From: a virus | UHGV virus genome: UHGV-0217314 | Direction: 5' to 3' (one strand) | DNA length: 38,395 bases | Part shown: piece after piece, positions 25,459 to 34,585 of the stretch | Layout of the letters: every line of letters begins with the position of its first letter | Position numbering within the stretch: position 1 is the first letter of the stretch | Translations under genes and position numbers: made by a program | Notes under the pieces: model-generated | Told to the model about the DNA's origin: nothing | What the model saw: the letters and a program-made list of their open reading frames with translations, nothing else | Databases searched by the model: none

Positions 25459-26343
25459 CTAACGACTAACTCTTTTAATTGCTTCCACATATTTTGCTGA
25501 CGCTTTTCTTTTATTAACAAAAGATAGATCATCTTCAAATGGTGATGTATCAACGTACTTGCCTTTAAAGAATAGATCGCGATCTTTTTCGGTTACTCCT
25601 GCATTATGAAGAATTTTTACTTGTTTACATTTCTCAATTGAATCCGTAGAAAAGCAAAAAGATAATTCTTCGTGGATTTTAGGTCCAACATTGAAATACA
25701 TCATATTCCAAAGTTGCGCCCACATTTCAGCAGTCCATTTTTGAATGTTGCTATTCACTTTTTTAAAGTATTGATAAAGACGATTTGAATCGAAATAAAC
25801 TTTTTTCCAATACTCCGCTCTAGGATTCTTTATAACCCACTGTGCACCACCAGAATTAAAATTAATGGTTTCCAACGATTCCACTGAAACATTTACGATC
25901 TCAGCCATACCTTTCAAAATAGATTCTCCATTTTCACAACTGCGAATATAATCAAGATTTAGGTAGTGGTTGCAATCACTGCAATACCAAACATCTTCTT
26001 TTGAAGTCATTTTACGCAAATCAATCTTTTGATTGAAAATGACATCCGAATCAATATAAACATACCGCTCTTTTTCACGTTTAGGATCTTCTTTCAAGTA
26101 TTGCCACCACAGATAAGGCTTGATAGAAGGAATATAACCTTTATCCTCTCTATCATCTCTATATACGTGAACTTCAACATTGTATTTATCAGCTAAATAA
26201 GCAGGAATTGTTGAATCATGTTCGCTAAAAAGCAGTACAATATCATTGATACCGAACGACTTCAAGTTAGTTAAACAAACTTCAAGTTCCCACTTGAAAC
26301 GATTGATAGCAGGTTGACAAAGAATATATTTCATTTTTCCCAC
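25459..26343 (-). CDS. Putative GT-A-like glycosyltransferase (DxD motif) inserted between the major tail protein and the tail chaperones
   Basis: YVYIDSDVIF is a DxD-like motif sitting about 100 residues in. The fold and family could not be verified from sequence alone. Confidence 0.4.
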   Translation of the reverse strand: MGKMKYILCQPAINRFKWELEVCLTNLKSFGINDIVLLFSEHDSTIPAYLADKYNVEVHVYRDDREDKGYIPSIKPYLWWQYLKEDPKREKERYVYIDSDVIFNQKIDLRKMTSKEDVWYCSDCNHYLNLDYIRSCENGESILKGMAEIVNVSVESLETINFNSGGAQWVIKNPRAEYWKKVYFDSNRLYQYFKKVNSNIQKWTAEMWAQLWNMMYFNVGPKIHEELSFCFSTDSIEKCKQVKILHNAGVTEKDRDLFFKGKYVDTSPFEDDLSFVNKRKASAKYVEAIKRVSR

Positions 26344-26967
26344 CTACTCCTGCGTCGTTGTGGTGGTAGTTGCTTGTGTTGTGGTCGTAGTCGTTTGAAT
26401 ATCATCGTAGTCTCCAGTTGTTTCACCTGGGTTTTGGTAATCATACAGTGCTTCAATTGCTGAAATATCGTCATTTGATAATGGGAATTTACCTTCTTGA
26501 AGTTTTCCGATAATGTTTAATGTGTAAGAAGCTTCCACAAGATCATCACCGTCCGCAATCTCCACATCATCGGGCATACCGTAGCCGAATTCCGCTGGAT
26601 ATAGCTTTACATCAGTTTCTCCTTCGGCTTCTTCAGCAACAGAATCATCAATTTCCACACGCCAAACTTTTACAGACGTTCCATTTTTCTTTGCATCTTT
26701 GACAACTTTGATCGCTTCGTCTTTCGGTACAAAATATTGTGTCAAATCAATCGAATGCTCGTCAGTTGATTTGATGATAATACGCCCCATTTTAGTTTGC
26801 TCATCAATATTTTCTCCGCCATATGTTACGCCCCCTTCTGTTTGAAAAGCAGGCAATAGCGCAGGTGAGCCAATTTCTGCAGAAACTGATTGGATAAAAT
26901 ACCAGACTTTCTTAGCAGTCAATGCTTTACCTGTAGTTTTTTTGACGCCATTATTTACAATAGCCAT
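26344..26967 (-). CDS. Major tail protein with a C-terminal poly-Thr tail
   Basis: Position and size. The C-terminus is TTTTTQATTTTTTQE. Confidence 0.6.
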   Translation of the reverse strand: MAIVNNGVKKTTGKALTAKKVWYFIQSVSAEIGSPALLPAFQTEGGVTYGGENIDEQTKMGRIIIKSTDEHSIDLTQYFVPKDEAIKVVKDAKKNGTSVKVWRVEIDDSVAEEAEGETDVKLYPAEFGYGMPDDVEIADGDDLVEASYTLNIIGKLQEGKFPLSNDDISAIEALYDYQNPGETTGDYDDIQTTTTTTQATTTTTTQE

Positions 26968-26979
26968 GTTTCATTCCTC

Positions 26980-27330
26980 CTAAATTATTAGTTCGTTGAT
27001 TCTGAAAACTACATGATAGACTTCTCGACCAACTGAGCTATCAATAAGTACTTGGTGAGTAAGTCGCTTGTTTAACGCAACTTTCGTTTTAAAAATAGCT
27101 TCTTCTAAATTTGTTCGACTGTTAATCGGATAAAATAAATCGATCTGCAAACTTGTATCAACGATCGCTGGTCCAAATTTAGCACTAGGTGAATCATCCC
27201 CGGTGTGTGTGCCTATCACATAAAAAGGCTCCTTGACTTCAGGATCAGGGAGCTTAAATTCTACTGAAATTCCAGTGGTAGATAGCTTTTGAGATACATC
27301 TTTAAGGTATTCTGTCATAGGAGAGTACAT
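26980..27330 (-). CDS. Tail completion / head-tail joining protein
   Basis: Position in the conserved block between MCP and MTP. Confidence 0.4.
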   Translation of the reverse strand: MYSPMTEYLKDVSQKLSTTGISVEFKLPDPEVKEPFYVIGTHTGDDSPSAKFGPAIVDTSLQIDLFYPINSRTNLEEAIFKTKVALNKRLTHQVLIDSSVGREVYHVVFRINELII

Positions 27331-27334
27331 GCAA

Positions 27335-27712
27335 TCACCCTCTCACTAGCTTTGTAAGCCGTTTTTGCAGGATTGGCCAATCTGCCTTTAATGCTGGGAA
27401 TAGAAATGGCTGTGCAAACATGAATCGAGTGCCCATCTCAACAAAGATAGAGTATTCAGCTGGCGAGATAACTTCTGCTTGCATCAAACCAACTACACTG
27501 GCATAGATATTGTTTGACATCCAACCAGTATCCCAAGCCGCCAATTTCTTACTGCGTTTTTCCACACGCAAGCTTGAAAGCTTAATTTCCTGATCAATGG
27601 CTTTATCCAACTGAGGTGCTTTTCGCTGAACGTTTCGAATAAATTGCTTCATGCCTTTTATTTTCACGCTTTTACTCATGTCAAAATCACCACCGTTGAA
27701 TTTCGGTGCCAC
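27335..27712 (-). CDS. HK97 gp10-like tail component
   Basis: Position and size only. Confidence 0.4.
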   Translation of the reverse strand: MAPKFNGGDFDMSKSVKIKGMKQFIRNVQRKAPQLDKAIDQEIKLSSLRVEKRSKKLAAWDTGWMSNNIYASVVGLMQAEVISPAEYSIFVEMGTRFMFAQPFLFPALKADWPILQKRLTKLVRG

Positions 27713-27957
27713 TTCGTCTGATAAACAGATCGTTCCAAACCGTCGTATTCAATTTTAGAAAAACCTTTGTGGATCCCTTGAATATGCAATTTGAACGCCT
27801 TCTGATTGTACTTTCCAAAGATTCCTATTTGTTCATTATTTGATAATCCAGTTTTGCCGCATGGTTCAATTGTTTCCTTTTCTTCAATGACATCATCTCC
27901 AAGATAACCAGGGACTTTTCTTTCATAGGTTATCTTGACGCGATCATTGTAATTCAA
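27676..27957 (-). CDS. Head closure / head-tail adaptor protein
   Basis: Position and size only. Confidence 0.4.
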   Translation of the reverse strand: MNYNDRVKITYERKVPGYLGDDVIEEKETIEPCGKTGLSNNEQIGIFGKYNQKAFKLHIQGIHKGFSKIEYDGLERSVYQTKWHRNSTVVILT

Positions 27958-28307
27958 CTAAAAAACCTCGTGATACCTTTGCCGGCACGAATTGTGGGCT
28001 TAGTATACTCATCGAAAATATCCAGATACTCATTCAAATAAGATGGTTCCCAAGAATAGGAACGACCTTCCTCACTATCTGCAGTAGTCCCCTCACTGTT
28101 GCGTTTATTAAAACGTTTGATAGCGACATCCCTTTGAATATAGATCAGGTCTGTTGGAATAGTCTTGTGCTTGTCAGTATCATTTTTTGCAGCAAATTGA
28201 TTTAAAACGGATAAGATCCGTTGCTCGCTATCCTCAATAATCAAATTAAGCAACGGATCTTGTAACGCATCTTGAATACCTAGAAACAGCTTGATGTCTT
28301 CTAGCAT
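27954..28307 (-). CDS. Head-tail connector protein (gp6-like)
   Basis: N-terminal LEDIKLFLGIQDALQDPLLNLIIEDSEQRIL is typical of gp6-like connectors. Confidence 0.5.
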   Translation of the reverse strand: MLEDIKLFLGIQDALQDPLLNLIIEDSEQRILSVLNQFAAKNDTDKHKTIPTDLIYIQRDVAIKRFNKRNSEGTTADSEEGRSYSWEPSYLNEYLDIFDEYTKPTIRAGKGITRFFS

Positions 28308-28321
28308 TTCTATCCCCTACC

Positions 28322-29281
28322 TTATCCTTCGGTCGTTGTAGTCGTTGTAGTTGGCGCTACGGCTTCGATAGTTGCTTCTACTACGCCAGCAGGAATTTCT
28401 GGGAACAAGACTAATGCATTCATGAATAGTGATTCGTAAGTTGCATTGCGCAATGTACGTCCGCGAGTAGCAGAAATGAACCCTGTTTCATCTGTGAAAT
28501 CTACAAAGATATCACCTAGATCGCTAGCTTTCATATCCAAATAAGCTAATACGAGATTGTCAACCGCAGTTGAATAAACTTTACCTTCTGGAATTGCGTT
28601 TAATACAACAACGTTAGTAGCTCCCAAGAAGTTTTTCAGCAACGTCATTCCAAAAACATTCGATGCATCAGCTAAGACTTTTGTGTCACCAAGATATGTC
28701 GCTGCATCCATTGGATTAATAAATGAAACGAATTGTGCACCGTCAAACTCTTCAAATGTGCTTAATTTTCCCCAAGATTGAGCCAATGCTTTTTGCAATC
28801 CATCTGCGGTAATTTTTGTTGGCGCTGTGCCTAAAAAGTCAACAAATTTTGTTTTAATTCCACCTTGGATTTGACGTAATAATTTATTATCAGCTTGATC
28901 AATTGCTAATGAGGCTCCATGACGAGCAATCGATTCAGCAGTCACAGCACGACGCCATTTGTTAAACGTTACTTGATAAGACTTATCTTTTGCACGAGTA
29001 ACTTTAGATAGAGGAATGTCTTCACCTTCTGCGACATTTCCAGATTTTAAATCAGTCGTCCATTTGTACATTTGGATTTTCATATCACTCGATAATGGTT
29101 CTAAACGTGTAACGCCCAACAGTTCAAGTAATTCTTTGATACCGGCTTCAAATCGGTTAACAAAATCGATCGACTTGATTTCCCCAAGATCGTCCATGGT
29201 TGTTAATCCATCTTCTGCAGCAAAAAATTGTAGTTGCATTTTCATGAATCGTTTTTTATTTGTTTTTGACATGTTTTTCAT
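28322..29281 (-). CDS. Major capsid protein with an L27-like N-terminal motif and a C-terminal poly-Thr tail
   Basis: Size and position after the scaffold. N-terminal ...FMKMQLQFFAAEDG. C-terminal APTTTTTTTEG. Strong RBS AGGAGG. Confidence 0.8.
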   Translation of the reverse strand: MKNMSKTNKKRFMKMQLQFFAAEDGLTTMDDLGEIKSIDFVNRFEAGIKELLELLGVTRLEPLSSDMKIQMYKWTTDLKSGNVAEGEDIPLSKVTRAKDKSYQVTFNKWRRAVTAESIARHGASLAIDQADNKLLRQIQGGIKTKFVDFLGTAPTKITADGLQKALAQSWGKLSTFEEFDGAQFVSFINPMDAATYLGDTKVLADASNVFGMTLLKNFLGATNVVVLNAIPEGKVYSTAVDNLVLAYLDMKASDLGDIFVDFTDETGFISATRGRTLRNATYESLFMNALVLFPEIPAGVVEATIEAVAPTTTTTTTEG

Positions 29282-29293
29282 TTGTTGTTCCTC

Positions 29294-29911
29294 CTAAAAT
29301 AGTTCTCTATTTGCAGCAATCATTCGTTGACGTTCAGTAGTATCTTTAATCGCCATAATTTCTGCTTTAGTCATTTGTCCACCTGCAGTACCAACTTTCG
29401 TTTTGTTTTTCGAAGCCAATCGTTCATTGACCTTTGCTTCTACTGCCTTATCCCATTCTGCACGGAAAGCCTTAACATCCTCTAGGATTTCTTCAGCAGT
29501 ATCGCCAGCAATCCGATGCGCAAAATCAGCTGGTATTCCTTGAGCCGTTAGTTGTTTGCCTTTTTCAACATACAATTGCTCTTTCCGGAATTCTTCTTTT
29601 TCTTTCTCGAACTCCTCTTTTTCCTTTTGAATCAAGGCTTTTTGACGATCTTCTTCAGAAAGCTTCGCCAATCTAGCAGCTTCATTTTTTTGTTCTTCTA
29701 ATTCTTTTTGCCATCTTGATTTCTTGTTTTTAATGATAGAATCAACATCTTTGTCATCTTTAAAACCAAATTTTTCCTTAATGGCTGCCAATTGTTCTTC
29801 ATCTAATTCATCCACGTTGAAATTTGGTGTTGGATCTCCCGGGTCGTTTCCTCCACCATCTTCAGCGAAAAATTGTAGATTCAATGGCATAAATAACTTC
29901 TTTTTCATCAT
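29294..29911 (-). CDS. Scaffolding protein
   Basis: Helical, charged, coiled-coil-rich protein immediately upstream of the MCP. N-terminal MPLNLQFFAEDGGG. Confidence 0.7.
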   Translation of the reverse strand: MMKKKLFMPLNLQFFAEDGGGNDPGDPTPNFNVDELDEEQLAAIKEKFGFKDDKDVDSIIKNKKSRWQKELEEQKNEAARLAKLSEEDRQKALIQKEKEEFEKEKEEFRKEQLYVEKGKQLTAQGIPADFAHRIAGDTAEEILEDVKAFRAEWDKAVEAKVNERLASKNKTKVGTAGGQMTKAEIMAIKDTTERQRMIAANRELF

Positions 29912-29986
29912 ATGTTGCTCCTTCCATAGCTTTTAACGTGGATCAATGCTTGCACTTCCGATGCTTTTAATGTCATCACGCTTGGA

Positions 29987-30019
29987 CAAAATAAAAAGCC
30001 TTAGTCAGTAACTAGGCTT
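29987..30019 (-). terminator. Intrinsic terminator inside the head operon (minus strand)
   Basis: AAGCCTtAGT-cagta-ACTAGGCTT followed by TTTTATTTT on the minus strand. Confidence 0.4.
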
Positions 30020-30233
30020 CCATTTCCTGTATTAGTTGTTGTTTCGCTACTTCCATCATGCCGATAGCGTTGAGGGACGTACTTTGTGTGTAAAAGGACG
30101 AGATAATTCCATTCTGATGTACACCAACCACAACAATACTTTCCGCATCTTTAAAGAATTCTTTTGATTGATCCATGAACTCTTCATTGCTCACACCACG
30201 TTCTTTCTTACGCTTCAATTCTTTGAAATTCAT
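30012..30233 (-). CDS. Hypothetical small head-module protein (73 aa)
   Basis: ORF only. Confidence 0.4.
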   Translation of the reverse strand: MNFKELKRKKERGVSNEEFMDQSKEFFKDAESIVVVGVHQNGIISSFYTQSTSLNAIGMMEVAKQQLIQEMEA

Positions 30234-30251
30234 GGGTACCTCCTATAATCG

Positions 30252-30449
30252 CTATTTAACGCATAACTGCGAGATACGTGGATCACCATCACTTTCCGCC
30301 ATGCTGGCTTTTGGATTCCGTTGTATCAAAATCAGGTGGTTCTTTTTATTAATTATGTTCCATCCAGTTTTTAAAATTGTAATTGTAATAACCAACGATA
30401 ATGCTATTAAAGGCACTCCAACAAGCATTAGGACAAATTTCATCATCAT
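30252..30449 (-). CDS. Small membrane protein (65 aa). Start refined to the ATG at 30449.
   Basis: RBS AGGAGTG lies 8 nt upstream of ATGATGATG. N-terminal TM segment. Confidence 0.4.
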   Translation of the reverse strand: MMMKFVLMLVGVPLIALSLVITITILKTGWNIINKKNHLILIQRNPKASMAESDGDPRISQLCVK

Positions 30450-30460
30450 AGATATCACTC

Positions 30461-31384
30461 CTATTCTTCATAACCTATTTCTGAATCGTCCGGAACAATT
30501 CCAGTTCGGCATCCCACGTGATAAGGTGGCGCTGTGATACCGGGTTGATATTCAACTAACAAAAATGTTTTATCTTCTCGATTCACTCGTAAGCATATTT
30601 CAGTGGTCCGATCGTCAACATGAACATTGTTTTTGTACTTGGTCAATCCAAAATCTTCAAAGCGTTTAGCAGCTGATAGATTCACAACATTTGTTCCATC
30701 TGTACGCACGATAGCTTCTGCCCTGCTCTTGGCCACGTTGTATTTTTTACGCAATTCACGAGCCATATCTGCTGGACCAGATCCACGAATAAATCCTTGA
30801 GTAAGAACTTTTTTTAGGTCTTTGGCAAGATCATCTGTATTCCCCCAAATGCTGGAAGAATAATTTTTCCCATTAAATGGAGTTTTTACAATCTGTTCCA
30901 AAGCAGCTTTGTTCAATGTGCTTTTAGAGTTTCCGCCAATTATTTTACGATAGGCATATTGAGCTACTTCTTTTAGATATCGATCGAACGACTTATGCAA
31001 TGCTCCGCTCATTTTTCCTAGGCGCCATTCCATATCTAGATGCAACGCTTCAAGCCGTGTCACTTTTCCGGCTTTGTACTGCTCATTCAGCCGCTTCAAT
31101 AGTTCGGGATCTTTTTCAGCTTGTTTGAAATACTTCTCAGCATTTGCTCGATAATCAGACAGATCTTCTCGCATGAGCCGTTTCTTTGCTTCCTGCATAG
31201 AGATATTGTTTTCTTTGGAGTATTTAGCGTAGAAGTTGTAAATCTCCTTCTGGATGTTCTTACGGCCTTCTGTGTAAATAGTCTGCAACTCATCGAAGAA
31301 ATCGATATCCGTTCGATCAACATAAGCCATGATTTCATCCATACGACTTGACCAATAATTTGGAGATTTATTGAGTTTAGCCAT
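30461..31384 (-). CDS. Head morphogenesis protein (Mu F / SPP1 gp7-like minor head protein)
   Basis: Position after the portal. Conserved C-terminal region. Confidence 0.6.
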   Translation of the reverse strand: MAKLNKSPNYWSSRMDEIMAYVDRTDIDFFDELQTIYTEGRKNIQKEIYNFYAKYSKENNISMQEAKKRLMREDLSDYRANAEKYFKQAEKDPELLKRLNEQYKAGKVTRLEALHLDMEWRLGKMSGALHKSFDRYLKEVAQYAYRKIIGGNSKSTLNKAALEQIVKTPFNGKNYSSSIWGNTDDLAKDLKKVLTQGFIRGSGPADMARELRKKYNVAKSRAEAIVRTDGTNVVNLSAAKRFEDFGLTKYKNNVHVDDRTTEICLRVNREDKTFLLVEYQPGITAPPYHVGCRTGIVPDDSEIGYEE

Positions 31385-31398
31385 TTAGGATCAGCTCC

Positions 31399-31602
31399 TT
31401 ACTTCGCGGCACCAGTTAGAATACCAATCGTAAATTTTAATGCTTGTTCTTCGTTAAATCCTTCCGCTATACAATTATCAAATAAGCATTTACCTTGTTT
31501 AGCTATATACTCTAAACTGCGTTGCATTTCAAAGAAAGTGGCTTCAAGTGTTTGATTGTTCTCATTCATCTTCATTAGTTCTTTTAACTGCTTTTCATTC
31601 AT
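31399..31602 (-). CDS. Small protein (68 aa). Start refined to MNEKQ.
   Basis: RBS GGAGG lies 9 nt upstream of the ATG at 31602. The longer ORF-track N-terminus overlaps the portal. Confidence 0.4.
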   Translation of the reverse strand: MNEKQLKELMKMNENNQTLEATFFEMQRSLEYIAKQGKCLFDNCIAEGFNEEQALKFTIGILTGAAK

Positions 31603-33106
31603 CGTCTTCATCCTCCGTTTCAGGTCGTCTTGGCGATGGCTTCTCCCCAACTTCTTCTTTAATTCGTGCCAACTCAACTTCTGGATCTACACCAGTGACT
31701 GTTTTCAGAATTTCAAAGAGTGTCTCATCAGAAACTTGCCCCACAAGCTGACTTGCCAATGCAACAATTTCACTGTCTGACTTAGGAACATTGGCTGTAA
31801 ATATGATATTTGTATCATTGATTTGATCATAAGCAATAGAATCATTGCCTTTGATTCGCCAAATATTAACAGCTAGCCTCAAACGTCGCATCAAACCTTT
31901 TTCAAATAAACGCTGCTGCATCACACGACGATTATCGGCTGCCATCAATTTATATTTCATGCTTTCTCCAGACTGGACACCTGAAAAATTATCATCCGTT
32001 ACATCCGGAGTAAATGTGAAGCGCAAAATATCATTCACTAAGCGTTTCTTGTAGGCTTCAGCGCCTTCAGTATCGTATTCTTTTACAAGGTAAAAGGCAT
32101 TTGGCTGTGCGCCATTTGGATTCGGATTATCATCTAAGTACATCAATTTCGCACGTTTGAACGCTAATGAAACAGCAAGCCGCGAATTAGGAACGATATT
32201 CCCTTCTTCGTCTAAGTCGTTTTGAGCAGTACCGGTATATGGATTTCCAGCAATTACAAGGATTGCATCCATCGTGTCTTGCTGATAATTTGCTAGTTCG
32301 GATTGCGAAAGATCATATGCATCGATCGAATCTAAAACTGGCTCAAACGCACCAGTTCGATCTTCGTTGTTCGCAAACTCATTAACAGGAACGCCGTCAA
32401 ATGCATAATCGTCAAAATCGACTAGATGCATGCCCTTTTCCTCTTGATTGCTGTTTACATACATATAAACCATATCTGACGTGTATACATTGATAAAATC
32501 TTTGCGAACGCCGTCACCATAATCAAGTGTGTAATAATAAACACCGAATAAAGAATTACTGTCAGTTGTGTCATCGTAAACAACAAATGTTTGTTCCGGA
32601 TTTAGTTTAACTAATTTGACATAAGCACTTCCTGATTCGTCTAACACTGTAGTCTCCAGTTCATAGGCCCTACCATAAATAGATAAATCCGTCTTTATCA
32701 ACACGTTATGATAAGTTTCGTTGTTCCTATTATTGAAATCGTCAATGTGTGCTTGGATATTATCGTCATTGTTTTTGTATTGAATAGGTTTACCCAACAT
32801 GTATCCTTGCTCGAAAATGGTGATATAACGTGCAAAATCGCTAGCAATACGATTATCTGCTGCAAACTCATCCGTTTTAGCTGGACGATATTTGATATTG
32901 TTGTCTGATAAAGAATACCGTTTGAGTTCTTTTAATCTAGGTACTTGTTCATTTTGATGTCGATTAATGAATTTTTCTAGTCGGGAAATCCAAGTCTTGC
33001 TATCAAATTCCACCGAATCGAAATCTTCTTGTGCCATTCTAAAAATAGCATTTGCATTTTTGTGGTAGCGATGGTTTCTCAAAAATGTAATGTTTTTACT
33101 ATCCAT
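31595..33106 (-). CDS. Portal protein
   Basis: 503 aa. Positioned after TerL. Acidic C-terminus. Confidence 0.8.
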   Translation of the reverse strand: MDSKNITFLRNHRYHKNANAIFRMAQEDFDSVEFDSKTWISRLEKFINRHQNEQVPRLKELKRYSLSDNNIKYRPAKTDEFAADNRIASDFARYITIFEQGYMLGKPIQYKNNDDNIQAHIDDFNNRNNETYHNVLIKTDLSIYGRAYELETTVLDESGSAYVKLVKLNPEQTFVVYDDTTDSNSLFGVYYYTLDYGDGVRKDFINVYTSDMVYMYVNSNQEEKGMHLVDFDDYAFDGVPVNEFANNEDRTGAFEPVLDSIDAYDLSQSELANYQQDTMDAILVIAGNPYTGTAQNDLDEEGNIVPNSRLAVSLAFKRAKLMYLDDNPNPNGAQPNAFYLVKEYDTEGAEAYKKRLVNDILRFTFTPDVTDDNFSGVQSGESMKYKLMAADNRRVMQQRLFEKGLMRRLRLAVNIWRIKGNDSIAYDQINDTNIIFTANVPKSDSEIVALASQLVGQVSDETLFEILKTVTGVDPEVELARIKEEVGEKPSPRRPETEDEDDE

Positions 33107-33121
33107 TTTCTCTTTTCCTTT

Positions 33122-34585
33122 CTAGCCAAAAAAGAACTTGGCTGCTTCCATTCGTTCCTCTAAGCTTTGAGGATTTTGTATTTGAAGTGTTTCGGCGATA
33201 CCTGTAACTGAATCCGGCGCATCATCATGTGCGTTTTTACCCTCACGCTGATAAGTGGTCATGGCTTCATAGAATTCCGGCCATCGAATTGCCCAATCTT
33301 CCGGGTAGTAGACGTTGTTTTCGACCCAAGCGCTGTTGGACAGGATCCGCGATTGTTTATTCGCTGATTGGTGGAAGTCTTCCCAATACGCACCATAATA
33401 TCCGATTTCTTTTGCTTTTCTTTCAGAATTCCGTTTAAAGCCACGGCCGCCATTATTACCTTCAATTCGTACTTGATTAACTTTATTTCTAGCAATCATG
33501 TTCGCATGCGCGTTCTCCGTAACTTCCATCGGTTCCTTCGTATAAAGAACATCAATTATATAAGCCTTGTGATCGGATGTTTCTGCCCAAACAGGAGATG
33601 ATAGATAGTCTGCACCTTTATCGGCAGTATCTGTATAGTTCCAAATCTTAATGATGTTGTCTGGTAATTTATCATATGTCTGAAACTTTTGATAAAGCCG
33701 CCCTTTTTGGTCAATCGGTTCTTGCTGATAGTTCGCATTTGCGATTGCCGTTCCCATTGCTGCACGTTTCTTTTTGAAATCCTCATAAGATAAAATATCT
33801 GGGCAAAGCATTTCATGCGTTTCTTCGTTAATAAGGGCTTTTTTTATAACAACGCGTAATTTATAACCCATCGCAGGCATCTCATCAATGATACGTCCTG
33901 CCAGATCTTTCGAATGCCATCTAGTCATAATGACTATGATTTTTCCGCCTTTTTCAACACGAGAAAGCATTTGTTTTGTGAACCAGTCCCAATGCTTTTG
34001 TAGTTCATTTTCGTTAGTTGCTTCTACAATCCCTTTGATTACGTCATCAACTATGAGTAAATCAAAGCCTTTACCAGTTGCGGATCCTCCTGGTGATGTC
34101 GCCAGATAGGAAAGCTTGCTTCCTTGTAGCGCCCAACGTTTAGCTGCTGCTGATCCTTGTTTCAATTTTGCTTTCGGAAAGATATCCGTATAAACAATTT
34201 GATCATCTATTACTCTTTCTTCAGCGATGTTTTCCCTCACGTCTTTTGAAAAATCGGTCGCCATATCTTCGTTATATGAACCAGTAGCAACTCTTAATTT
34301 GGGATTTTTTCCAAGTTCCCACTCAACAAAACAGCCAGCAGTCGTTGATTTTGCATGACGTGGCGGCAGATTGAGCAGCATGATGTCGTCATCAGACTTC
34401 ATGAATTCCTCAAAATCCTGGCAAAGATCTTTCAAATATTTCCTGTCACTCTTATAGAGGTCCGGTATTCGTAATTGACAATAAGAAAAGAAGTCATCAC
34501 GCGCTTCGCGTAACAACTTCTCTCGCTTTAATTGCTTCAATTCTTTTAAGTAACGGTATTTTTGAATCCTATCCATCTTCATCAC
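33122..34585 (-). CDS. terL: Terminase large subunit
   Basis: Walker A-like LPPRHAKSTTAG. Walker B LLIVDD. C-terminal nuclease region. Overlaps TerS. Confidence 0.85.
   Translation of the reverse strand: MMKMDRIQKYRYLKELKQLKREKLLREARDDFFSYCQLRIPDLYKSDRKYLKDLCQDFEEFMKSDDDIMLLNLPPRHAKSTTAGCFVEWELGKNPKLRVATGSYNEDMATDFSKDVRENIAEERVIDDQIVYTDIFPKAKLKQGSAAAKRWALQGSKLSYLATSPGGSATGKGFDLLIVDDVIKGIVEATNENELQKHWDWFTKQMLSRVEKGGKIIVIMTRWHSKDLAGRIIDEMPAMGYKLRVVIKKALINEETHEMLCPDILSYEDFKKKRAAMGTAIANANYQQEPIDQKGRLYQKFQTYDKLPDNIIKIWNYTDTADKGADYLSSPVWAETSDHKAYIIDVLYTKEPMEVTENAHANMIARNKVNQVRIEGNNGGRGFKRNSERKAKEIGYYGAYWEDFHQSANKQSRILSNSAWVENNVYYPEDWAIRWPEFYEAMTTYQREGKNAHDDAPDSVTGIAETLQIQNPQSLEERMEAAKFFFG

Noticed and set aside
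31096-31351. ORFs 31096..31338 (-) and 31121..31351 (+) within the head morphogenesis gene
   Set aside because: Nested in a different frame or antisense to a well-supported 307-aa gene. No RBS.
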